Shown here: positions 1 through 9,540 of the stretch, piece after piece
Layout: the number at the start of each line of letters is the position of its first letter
Numbering within the stretch: position 1 is the stretch's first letter
The notes under the pieces: model-generated
What the model saw: the letters and a program-made list of their open reading frames with translations, nothing else
What the model was told of the DNA's origin: nothing
The model's database searches: none
Position numbers and translations under genes: made by a program
Assembly: GCA_028534125.1 (NCBI GenBank)
Contig: CM052816.1
Span: 30,382,001 to 30,446,000 of the forward strand
Reading direction: 5' to 3'
DNA from: Lama glama
Taxonomy: Eukaryota
Length of the DNA stretch: 64,000 bases

Positions 1-513
1 ATCTATTCTACATATGCCTGTCAGTATCTACAAATTTTAAACTCCCAGTCTATCGCTTCCCACCCTTCTCCCCCTTGGCAACTACAAGTTTGTATTCTAT
101 GTCTATGAGTCTGTGTCTGTTTTGTATTTATGTTCTTTTTTTTTTTTTTTTAGATTCCACATATGAGCAATCTCATATGGTATTTTTCTTTCTCTTTCTG
201 GCTTACTTCACTTAGAATGACATTTTCCAGGGACATCCATGCTGCTGCAAATGGCATTATGTTGTCATTTTTATGGCTGAATAGTATTCCATTGTGTAAA
301 TATACCACATCTTCTTTATCCAGTCATCTATTGATGGACGTTTAGGCTGTTTCCATCCCTTAGTTACTGCAAACAGTGCTGCTATGAACTTTGGGGTGCA
401 GGTGTCTTTTTGAAGTATGGTTCCTTTGGGATATACACCCAGGAGCGGAATTCCTGGGTCATATGGTAAGTCTATTCCTAGTCTTTTGCATAATCTCCAT
501 ACTGTTTTCCACA
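1..513 (-). mobile_element. LINE-1 fragment (ORF2 C-terminus plus part of 3'UTR), 5'-truncated, young lineage-specific family, runs off the left window edge
   Basis: Minus-strand ORF 257..514 reads WKTVWRLCKRLGIDLPYDPGIPLLGVYP...DTCTPKFIAALF...WKQPKRPSIDDWIKKMWYIYTMEYYSAIK, the classic L1 ORF2 C-terminal motif string. Positions 1-12 are the reverse complement of 22597-22608, so it appears to be the same family as that insertion. Confidence 0.93.
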
Positions 514-589
514 AGGATCAGGGAAATTTATAAAATGGCCCTTGAGGTATCAGTTGTATTTCTCAGGGCAGTGAGAATTTTTCAGTTAT

Positions 590-1000
590 GGAATTTTTAT
601 TTGCAAGTGACAGAAAACCTATTTCACAGTGATTTGAACACTAAAACATGATAATTTGCTTATGTAAATAAAAAGTCTTAAAGCAAACTTGTCTCAAACT
701 TGCCTATTCATTTTCATTTTGCTGTTTGTGGATTGACTTCGGCTGCAAGTAAGGAGTCACTTTCATGGTAATAGGGTTGTTGCAGCTGTTTCTACCCCTG
801 ACTGTCATTCCTCAAAATGCAGAGCAGAGTGGAACACCTGTGTCTTGGGATTCCTAGCAAAAGTCCTGGGGTTCACTCTGGTTGGCCTGACCTGGATCAA
901 ATGCTTTCCTCATAGACCACAGGGAGGAACCACATCTTTGGAATCATGTGGTACCCAAATGGAAATAAGTTGTGTTTGAAAGTGGGAGAGAGTTGCCCCA
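590..1000 (-). mobile_element. Old ERVL-MaLR LTR fragment (MLT1J/K-like)
   Basis: 'ttgcaagtgacagaaaacc...' and 'agcaaaagtcctggggttcactctggttggcctgacctggatca' resemble MLT1 consensus segments as recalled. Confidence 0.55.
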
Positions 1001-1190
1001 AAGTGTCCAGAGAGAAGGTGAGGGAATTTCAGCCATAGGGAATTATTTTAGAAAAAAATGCATCAGGATAAGAGGTGTATTTTATTTATTATTCTATATT
1101 TGATGTCTAGAATAATAAGCAGAGAGTGCTCAATATATTTTATTAAATAAATCTATGAATAAATTCATGAATGAATAAAAGTATACTCTA

Positions 1191-1855
1191 AAAAGGGGTC
1201 CCTCTTACAACGTTGGTGGGAATGTAGTTTGGTACAGTCGTTATGGAAAATAGTATGGAGATTCCTTAAAATACTGAAAAAAGGCTTACCCTATGATCCA
1301 GAAATCCCACTCCTGGGCATATATCAGGAGGAAACTCTAGTTCATAAAGACACATGCACCCCAATGTTCATAGCAATACTATATACAGTAGCCAAGATAT
1401 GGAAGCGACCTACATGTCCATCAACAGATGACTGGATAAAGAAGTTGTAGTACATGTATACAACAAAGTATTACTCAGCCGTAAAAAAAAGAAGAAAATA
1501 ATGCCATTTGTAACAATGTGGATGGACCTGTAGATAGTCAAATTAAGTTAAGTAAACCAGAAAGAGAAAGAAAAATACCATTTGGTATCACTTACATGTG
1601 AAATCTCAAAAAATATATATGTAAAAAAAGAACACAAATGAACTTATTAATAAAACAGAGATAGACTCACAGATATAGAAAACAAACTTTGGTTACTGAG
1701 GGGAAGGGGTTGAGGAGGGATAAATTGGGAGTTTTTTGCAAATACTAACTGTTATCTATGAAATAGATAATCAGCAAGGTCCCACTGTATAGCACAGGGA
1801 AGTATATTCAATACCTTGTAATAACCTATAGTGAAAAAGAATATGAAAAGGAGTG

Positions 1856-1900
<45 letters not shown>

Positions 1901-1967
1901 AAATGAATCATTATTCAGTACATCAGAAATTAACACAACACTGTAAACTGGCTATACTGCAGTTTAA
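1191..1967 (+). mobile_element. LINE-1 3' end (ORF2 C-terminus, 3'UTR, short A tail) with degenerate 14-bp TSD
   Basis: ORF 1229..1450 reads [27 protein letters not shown]...DTCTPMFIAILYTVAKIWKRPTCPSTDDWIKK. The flanks aaaagtatactcta (1177-1190) and aaaagcacactcca (1968-1981) match at 11 of 14 positions. Confidence 0.93.
1853..1897. repeat. (GT)n microsatellite inside the L1 3'UTR
   Basis: About 20 GT units with one interruption. Confidence 0.95.
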
Positions 1968-2384
1968 AAAAGCACACTCCAGTTTAGCTGGAGCATATAA
2001 TGTACATAGAGGAAAATGTAAAGCAAGCAGTATATCAATGGCAGATAAACAAAAACAAAATAATTGCATAAACTACAAAAAGGCTGCTCTCACTTTAAAC
2101 TATTCTCAGTGCAGTTTTGCTGCTGACCAGGTATCGCCCACTGGATCAACTGCTGCTCACTGCCCTCCTTGCTCTTGGATGACTTCCTGCTGCTCAGGCA
2201 ATGGCTATGAGAACATCCACACAGTTTGACCATAACCAAAACCAGCTATGGTTACGTAGGTATGCCTTCTGCAAAATTAATCATGCAGTGCATTTCAAAA
2301 CAAAACAAAAGTGCGTTTTCATCAGCTGCTATTTGAGATGATCTGCGAAGCTGCTCTCCTCTATTGGTGTGGGTAATTGGGCAG

Positions 2385-2525
2385 AGGCTGTACGCAATTG
2401 CAGAATGGGGAGTCACTGGCAGTGGCAAGAACAGTGCAGGGGATCTAGGAGTTACAGCTGATCATGAGCTGAATCGGTCAGGGGTGGTTTCTTGTGTTAA
2501 CAGCAAAGCTAACGAAATCCTCCTC
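2385..2525 (+). mobile_element. Ancient CR1/L3 LINE 3' fragment
   Basis: 'cagaatggggagtcactggc...ggatctaggagttacagctgatcatgagctgaat...gcaaagctaac' resembles the CR1 ORF2 C-terminal region (DLGV..D..L.MS). Confidence 0.55.
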
Positions 2526-2609
2526 CAAACTCTTCACCAGTAATTGTGGTGGATGAAGCCTAGATATACATTAAGGAGAGTGGCACAACATGTGCATCCA
2601 AATAGAAGC

Positions 2610-3040
2610 TGCCTTTGAAAATAGTCTACTTGGTACACTATACATGTATTCCACTAAGCTGTCGTTGCTCATATTTGGGGATGTCTCCTTTCAGTGTAGG
2701 CTTCAATTCATAATTAAGTAAGAAGACCCGCCTTGTTATTTTGTTTTATTTTACTATATTTTATTTGGTTGTTTTATTTGATTTTGCTTTACTTTTATTT
2801 TGTTCAGCAGTGTAATAGACAATGCACTCACTATTCACTTAGCTATTAATTTCAAATGATTGGTTTGTTTTTAAAAATTAAATCCTTTTCAACACTAATG
2901 ATGTGTACATACCAGGAATATTCAAAAGAATATGCTGTGGGATCAGAAAAGAATTCAAAAAAAATTCTTAAGTCCACCGTGACCAATAGAAGATCACCTT
3001 AGAAAGAAAACATTTTCTCAGGGTAGGCTTATTTCATCAA
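2610..3040. mobile_element. TcMar-mariner non-autonomous relic (MARNA-like)
   Basis: 'ttcaaatgattggtttgtttttaaaaattaaatcc...ggaatattcaaaagaatatgctgtgg' resembles the MARNA consensus. The 5' part 'aatagtctacttggtacactatacatgtattcca' resembles the opposite arm. Confidence 0.5.
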
Positions 3041-3227
3041 TAAAGAACTTAGCTGTGTGTACCTACCCTGAAATTCCTGTGAAAGCAGCAGACTTCATAA
3101 GGGCATCTTCACAGTAGACCTCAAACTGGACAGCTGCATCAAAGCGGGAAGCCACATATGTGTGTAATATTTATGTACCACCATTATGTTGATATATGCT
3201 ATTCTATATAATCTTTTTCATATTTAA

Positions 3228-3380
3228 TTCTTTATTTTATTTTATTTATTTTTTACTGAAGTATAGTCAGTTTACAATGTTGTGTTAATTTCTGTTGTAA
3301 ACACAGTGATTCAGTTATATATATTCCTTTCCATATTCTTTTTTGTTACAGGCTATTATGAGGAATATAGTTCCCTGTGT
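3228..3380 (-). mobile_element. Short L1 3' tail (same 3'UTR family as 1191-1967)
   Basis: A T-rich tail followed by 'actgaagtatagtcagtttacaatgttgtgttaatttctg', the reverse complement of the 1925-1965 L1 end. Confidence 0.85.
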
Positions 3381-4479
3381 TTATTCCATATAAATCTTAA
3401 TGCAGTATAAACGGAGCTAAAGTTTTTTCATAATGCTTGATATTGGTCATGTTCTTGTTGGTCATTCCCTTGTTAGATAACTTTCCTCTGAGTTTCTGAT
3501 TAATAAAGGTGAGGAACTATGGAGAAAATCTGAAAGAGTACATTATAGATGTTTAGTAGAAGGAAAGTAAAATCACTTCCAGCAATTTCTTAGATTTAAT
3601 CTAGGTAAAATGAGCCAAGGAGTAATTAACCACCATGCTTCATGCATGTGAAGATATACTTTGCAAGAATTAGTATTTATCTTTTCTCTATTTCTATTCA
3701 GGGTGGAATGCAGTGGGTAGAAGATGTCTATCTACCTAAGAACACAGTTTATTAAATAATATTTAAAGTGAGAGTAGAACAGGTTTTTAAGAAGAGCTGT
3801 AAGCTTTTGTGTAGCACTGAGTAAAAGAAAATTTGACTTTCATTTCAACATAATTGCTTACCAGGATCGATCTGGGTTAGTTGCCTGCATCTTGAAATGC
3901 CTTCCAACGCTCAGTCTTTCCTAGTGGATTCATTGTTGAGGTTCGCTCAGCCTCTGGCTGTGACTGCCCCACTCACGCAGCACCTCCAAGTCAGCTCATG
4001 TTCCACCCAGAGCTCTTCCCCACTTTGCCTTGCGCCGTCTACATAGCTAGTTCCTGAAATCCCGCTTCCTTCTGAAGCTTTGCTGTCGACTTTTGGATTC
4101 CCCAGAAAAGCAAGACTTCCCCTCTTCCCTGAGCACCCTCCAGACTGCTTGCAAAATTACTGCTTCTACTCCTGTTCTTCATTTTCCTTGGGGTTTTCTT
4201 TCTACTCTTTTACCTTTATTTACCCCGTTCTTCATTCCTTTCTTCTCCACTGAAGCTATATCGGATAGTCTATCACTTCAGTCATGTCCTAGAAAGTAAC
4301 CTAAACTGTCTTGAGTGCTTGTCCTGGAGAAATCCCTAAACTTTGGGCGTCCAAACATTTGCCTTCTGTGGGCCTACACTTGAAATGCAGAACTGTTTAA
4401 GGCAATCCTGTAATAGACTAGAGCCACGACACATCCACATACACAAGCTCATGTGGAACATCAACTTCTCCCCACTCAT

Positions 4480-4955
4480 TCTTTTAGTTTCCACAGTTTG
4501 TACAGTTCTATGGGTTTTTGGTGAATACATACAATTAAAAAATTGTCACTACAACCAGCATATAGAATGGCTTCATCACATGAAAAATTCCCTTGCGCCT
4601 CTTTGCAGACAACCCCTCCCCCCAGCCCTGGTCCTTGGCAACTAACTTACCTGTTTTCAGTCCTCATAGTTTTGATTTTTCCAAAATATCATATACATAG
4701 ATTTGTACAATAGGTAGTCTTTGAGTCTCACTTCTCTCGCTTAGCAAAGGGCATCTGAGGCATTTATCCACATTGTTGAAAGTATCAACAATGAATTCCT
4801 TTTCATTGTTGAGTTGATTTCATTGTGCACATAGACCATACTTTCTTCATACATTCACCAGTTTTTTTTTTTCAGGTTTCATAAGAGTTATTTTCAGGTT
4901 TTGTTATTTATGAATAAAACTACTATACCATTCATCTGCAGATGAAGAATATGTT
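4480..4955 (-). mobile_element. Old L1M (L1MB/MC-type) 3' end, first segment
   Basis: 'tacagttctatgggttttt...ccagccctggtccttggcaactaac...ttatgaataaaactactata' is typical of an antisense old-L1 3'UTR/ORF2 end. Confidence 0.8.
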
Positions 4956-4956
4956 T

Positions 4957-5213
4957 TCCTTTTTTCTTTTTTTTAATTGAAGTATAGTCAGCTTATAGTG
5001 TTAATTTCTGGTGTACAGCACAGTGATTCAGCTACATATATACACATATATGTGTGTGTGTGTGTATATATATATTCCTTTTCCTATTTTTTTCATTATA
5101 AGCCACTACAAGGTATTGCATATAATTCCTTGGGGTATTCAGTAACACTTTGTTGTTTCTCTAATTTTCTATATAGTAGTTAGTGTCTAAAAATCCCAAA
5201 CTCTCAATTTATA
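4957..5213 (-). mobile_element. Young L1 3' tail nested inside the old L1M
   Basis: A poly-T followed by 'aattgaagtatagtcagcttatagtgttaatttctggtgtacagcacagtgattcag', of the same family as 1191-1967. The old L1 resumes at about 5216. Confidence 0.88.
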
Positions 5214-5215
5214 AC

Positions 5216-6135
5216 TTTTAATTTTATCTGGGTCAATACCTAGGGCCTGATTGCTGTGTCATATGGCAGACGTATGTTCAACTTTAAAATAAGCTGGTAA
5301 GCTATTCTCCACAGTAACTGCAATATTTTTCAGTCTCATCGACAAAGTATGTATAATATCTTCCATTGCTGCTCATCCTCCCAAGCACATCGTATTATCA
5401 GTTCTTGATTTTAACCACTGTAGTATTTGTAAAGGGGCATCTCACTGTGATTTTAATTTTCATCTGCCTAATGACTAATTTTACTGAGCATGTTTTTCAT
5501 ATGCGTGTTTGCTTGCCATATGTCTTCTTTAGTTATATGTCTGGTCAAATATTTTCAGCATTGGGTTGTTTTCATATTGTTGAGTTTTGGAAGTTCTATG
5601 TGTAGTCTGGATAAAGGCTGTTTATCAGATATTTTTTATTTTCCCAACAGCAGTAGAAACTTTTAACTTTTACGAAATCCAGTTAACCCTTTTTTTCTTA
5701 TGTAAATCATGTCTTCGGTATCCTGAAAACATGTTGCATAAACAAAGGTCACAATGATTTCGCCTGTGTTTTTTTCTAGACTCTGTTCAGTCGGATCTGC
5801 ATGTGTACTTCCACCAGTATTATCATTTCTTGATTTTGGTAGCTTCATAATAAGTCTAGAAATAATGTAGTGTAGGTTCCCTGATATTACTCTTGTCTTT
5901 CAAACTTTTTTTGGCTATTCTAAGTTATTTGCCTTTCCAAAAAATATTTTAAATCAGTTTTTCCATGTCTATAGAAAAAAAAAATCCCACTTAGATTTTG
6001 ATTGACTTTTCATTGAACTGATAGTTAAGTTTGGAGAGAATTAAGATCTTAATAGTATTGTGTCTTCCAAACCATAAACACAATGTAACTCTCATTTATT
6101 TTGGTCTTTTCTAATTTTTCTCATCAGGCTCTCAA
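5216..6135 (-). mobile_element. Old L1M ORF2 region, continuation with an internal deletion near 5790
   Basis: 'ctgggtcaatacctagg...gtcatatggc...catctcactgtgattttaattttcatctgcctaatgactaat...gtcttccaaaccataaacacaatg' follows the L1 ORF2 antisense consensus. Confidence 0.8.
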
Positions 6136-6194
6136 AGTTTTTGCCCCTATCCCAGTGGCAGACTTCTGATACTTGTTACTCCATGTTTCTTCTG

Positions 6195-6735
6195 GGTAGG
6201 GATAATATTCACTCTCCTCTTTCTAGATGCTTCTGGCTGGTCTAAGAACTAAATTGGCTTGAGATAGACTAACGGGAGAAAATCAAATTTAATTATATAC
6301 TTACATGTCCTATGAGAAGAATGAGATTCCTTGACATTCAAGCAGTTGAGGCTTATATGCAGTCTTGAACTAAGGAGAAGGAGTAGGGGTCTGGGACTTC
6401 AAAGGGGAAGAAGGCAATTCACAGAAGGATGAAAATGAGCAAAGGTTGCGAAACAGATGGTTCCTGGGCCAGGCAGAAACAGTGGGACAAGGAGAGGGGT
6501 TTTAAGCAATGGACTTTGCCAAGTTTCCCCAGTCTACCATGCCGAGCTCGCAGACTTTGCTGTTATCTCTGGTGGAAGCTCTGTTCCTAGGAGAAGCCAT
6601 CATCTGAATTCCCTTAAGCAGTTAAAGGGGAGGAGGTCAAAGCTTTATCTGAGCACTTTCTTTCCTAAAAACAACCAGCCTAAAATAATCCTCATGCCAA
6701 GGAGACACATTTTGGGGTGGCAAATTTTGCCTTGT
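6195..6735 (-). mobile_element. Solo LTR, ERV1 class (MER41-like laurasiatherian family)
   Basis: About 540 bp, ending 'cagcctaaaataatcctcatgccaaggagacacattttggggtggcaaattttg' and containing 'gttgaggcttatatg...ctaaggagaaggagtaggggtctgggacttcaaagggga', as recalled for ERV1 LTRs. Family and strand are tentative. Confidence 0.6.
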
Positions 6736-6739
6736 GAGC

Positions 6740-7480
6740 CTGATGTGGAGAGGATGGGATGCTGTGCTCTGCTGCCCTGCTCACCCCCAGGCTTCGGCAG
6801 CCTGTTCTGGTCTCGGGAGTGGAACTTTCTTAGTGACCCCGCCCCTGCCGGCAGGTCTGGGTCTAGGACAGTTGTTTGTCTCTCACCAGAGACAGGGGCT
6901 TTTTCCTCCTGTGCCCTCGCCCAAGCCACAGTGAATCTTATCCTCTGGGTGACAGTTTTTGCTGCCCTTCCCATAATTGCGCAAGGTTTTTGCTCCTACA
7001 AGAAGGAGGTTCCAAGCCAGGCTTCATGCCTTCTCCACAGCAGTGTTTGCTGATCTGCCCCAGGCAGTCCCACCAGGGGGCTTCTGCTCTGTCCTCAGTC
7101 TTCTTTGTGACCATCTGTGAGGACTACGGAGAAGAGCTTGCAAGTGGCTGTGAACTTGCCTAGTGTTTGTGTCACCAGGGATCTATACTCTCCCATCGGC
7201 TCACACTTGAGCTTTAGAAATTCACAAACGTTTTAGCTGAAAGCTTCCTGCTGCCTGTACGGCAACCCTGTCTTTCTACAGATCTCTACCCCGGGTGAGC
7301 CAGCGCTGAGCCCTTTTCTGTGGAAGGTGCCTGCTTTTCCTTAGATTTCAGGCTGCTTGGTTGCTTTGTGACCTTGAGTCTCCGATGGGTTCAAGAAAAG
7401 TTGATTTGTAGATTTTCCGTTTTATCTTCTTGGTAGAATGACTCCCATACTTTTCTACTTTCTAAATGGAAGCTGGAACT
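6740..7480 (-). mobile_element. Old L1M 5' end (L1MC/MD 5'UTR-like)
   Basis: GC-richer block ending 'gtctccgatgggttcaagaaaagttgatttgtagattttccg...ctaaatggaagctggaact', which resembles the reverse complement of L1MCa/MDa 5' termini. Confidence 0.6.
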
Positions 7481-8595
7481 CTGTTTAGTGTTATCCATAA
7501 ATTTTTGGTCAATCAGTAATAAAGCCAGTCAGTTTGAGTTTCATTTTTTTTGTGGCTAGCACAAAATCATGGCGAGACCATTATTTAACATGCACAGTCA
7601 TTTTTTTTCCATCTTATATTGTGCTACGTAAGGCACACCATAACCACCTCCCCACCCACCGCAAGAAGATGGTCGACACTGAGCCTCTTCTATGTAGGCC
7701 TTCTTTGGAGCTGCAATTTTCATTTGGCTGGGCTAGAGTTACATGGTATTACATCCATTGTGTAATAAAATGATGGGAAATGATCCTATTATTTTTTTTT
7801 CTCTCTCTCTAAATATTACTCCTATCTGTTGGCTAAGGAAGTCTCTTTTATGTTCTGTTACAAAAGGTTTTTCTTAATATGTCTTTTGAGTACTTCTCAT
7901 AGCCTGCAAGTTATTACTTTTCTTGACTCAACCTCATTTTGAAAGGCACTTCTTGCATAAGCTCTAGAGTATTTTCTTTTAAGTTTCAGACAAATTGTGA
8001 TCCCTGTCTTTCATGAGCTCCCAGATCTCTTCATGGGTGAAAAATACTGGTTATCTGTTTCAAGATCTTTTTTATGTGGCCTCCTTTTATTTCAAGTTCT
8101 AAGTTTTTAATGAAAATATCAAGTAGGTACTTGTCAAGATTGACTTTTGTGCTCCACTATAGTTTATCCTGACCTCTCCTGCCTTATAAAAACTTTGCTC
8201 AAAATGTTATTTTCTGTGTAATTAAGACTTTTCTACTCTTATTTAGTTTTCACAGGTTTGCAGCATATTTCTAGCCTTACGATGTGATGAACTGTGAACT
8301 ATGAGACAGGGGAGTGCGTTTTAGTTTGAATGGGGCTACTCTCTGGTGGTGGCTTTTTTTACTTTCAATTACAGATTTTTTTTTTATTCCTCTTTGCATA
8401 AACAGTGCCTTATTCAAACCCTGATCTATGAAAGATATTTTATATCTTCTCCTGGATTAATATGTACTGTTTAGTTATTTTCCTTTTAGAAAAGTATGCT
8501 GGATTACTAATCCCACTATATTTTCAGATAAGATGAAAAGTAATTTGTTTATTTTTAACTGAATATACGCAAACACATTTATTTTAATGTTTCAG

Positions 8596-8676
8596 CAATT
8601 CGGGTTATTGCTGGAATTCTCAGTCCGAAGTTGCCAATATCCTTCGATATTATTTCAGACTTTTGTTTGCTAGCAG
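8596..8676 (+). other. Candidate 81-nt cassette exon of an unidentified plus-strand gene
   Basis: Acceptor ttttaatgtttcag| and donor CAG|gtaact. The length is a multiple of 3 and two frames are open (NSGYCWNSQSEVANILRYYFRLLFAS; IRVIAGILSPKLPISFDIISDFCLLA). No homology recognised. Confidence 0.25.
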
Positions 8677-8871
8677 GTAACTGACAAAATGTGATTGGCT
8701 TTACTGGTATTATTTTTAAAACTCAAGTTGATTGCATAACTCTGTACTTTTTATTAAGAAACTTGGACCTACAGAAAAAGAAGTGTTTTAAAGGCATTTT
8801 TTACAGGTTTTATTGTCTTTTATATTTCCCTCCTGGTCACTGTATGTGTGTCTTTGTCTCCCCCCTGCATT

Positions 8872-9540
8872 TAAAAAAATTAGATTTATTTTTTCAGAGC
8901 AGTTAGAAAATAGATCATATACATACCCTCTCATATACCCTCTTTTCTCACCCTCCCAGGATTTCTCTTAATATTAACATCTTGCACTTTTGTGGTCCAT
9001 TTATTACAATTGTTGAACCAATATTGATTCATTATTGATTATTATTAACAAAAGTCCACAGTTTACATTCGGATTACTCTTGATGTTGTGCATTCTATGG
9101 GTTTGAACAAGTGTATAATAATTTGGAATCCACCATTGTCGAACTACACAGGATAATTGTTTCACTGCCCTAAAAATTCACTGTGCTCTACTCACTCATC
9201 CTTCCCTCTGACCTTCTGAGCCACTGGCAAACATTGATCTTTTTACTGTCTTCATCATCTTGTTTTTCCAGAATGTTCCAGAATGTCATGTAGTTTGAAT
9301 TATATAGTATGTAGCCTTTTCAAATTGGCTTTTTTCACTTAGCAATATTCATTTAAGTTTCCTCCATGACTTTTCATGGCTTCATAGTTCACTTTTTAAT
9401 CCTTGAATATCCTTTTTAATTCCATTGTGTGGATGTATCAGAGTTTTGTGTTTCTTTATTTTTATCTGTTCATCTATTGAAGGACATTCTAATTGCCTCT
9501 AAGTTTGACAGTCAATCATGAATGAAGCAGCTACAAAGTA
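8872..9540 (-). mobile_element. L1MC-type 3' end
   Basis: 'attaacatcttgcac...ttacaattgttgaaccaatattgattcattatt...aaagtccacagtttacatt...ttcactgccctaaaaat' is characteristic of L1MC1-3 3'UTRs. Confidence 0.82.

Noticed and set aside
257..1450. ORFs 257-514 and 1229-1450 (also 57832-58095) as genes
   Set aside because: They are decayed L1 ORF2 C-terminal fragments, not host genes.
6457..7053. Longest ORF (198 aa, plus strand)
   Set aside because: It spans an LTR/L1-5'UTR junction with no recognisable domain, so it is a chance ORF in repeat DNA.
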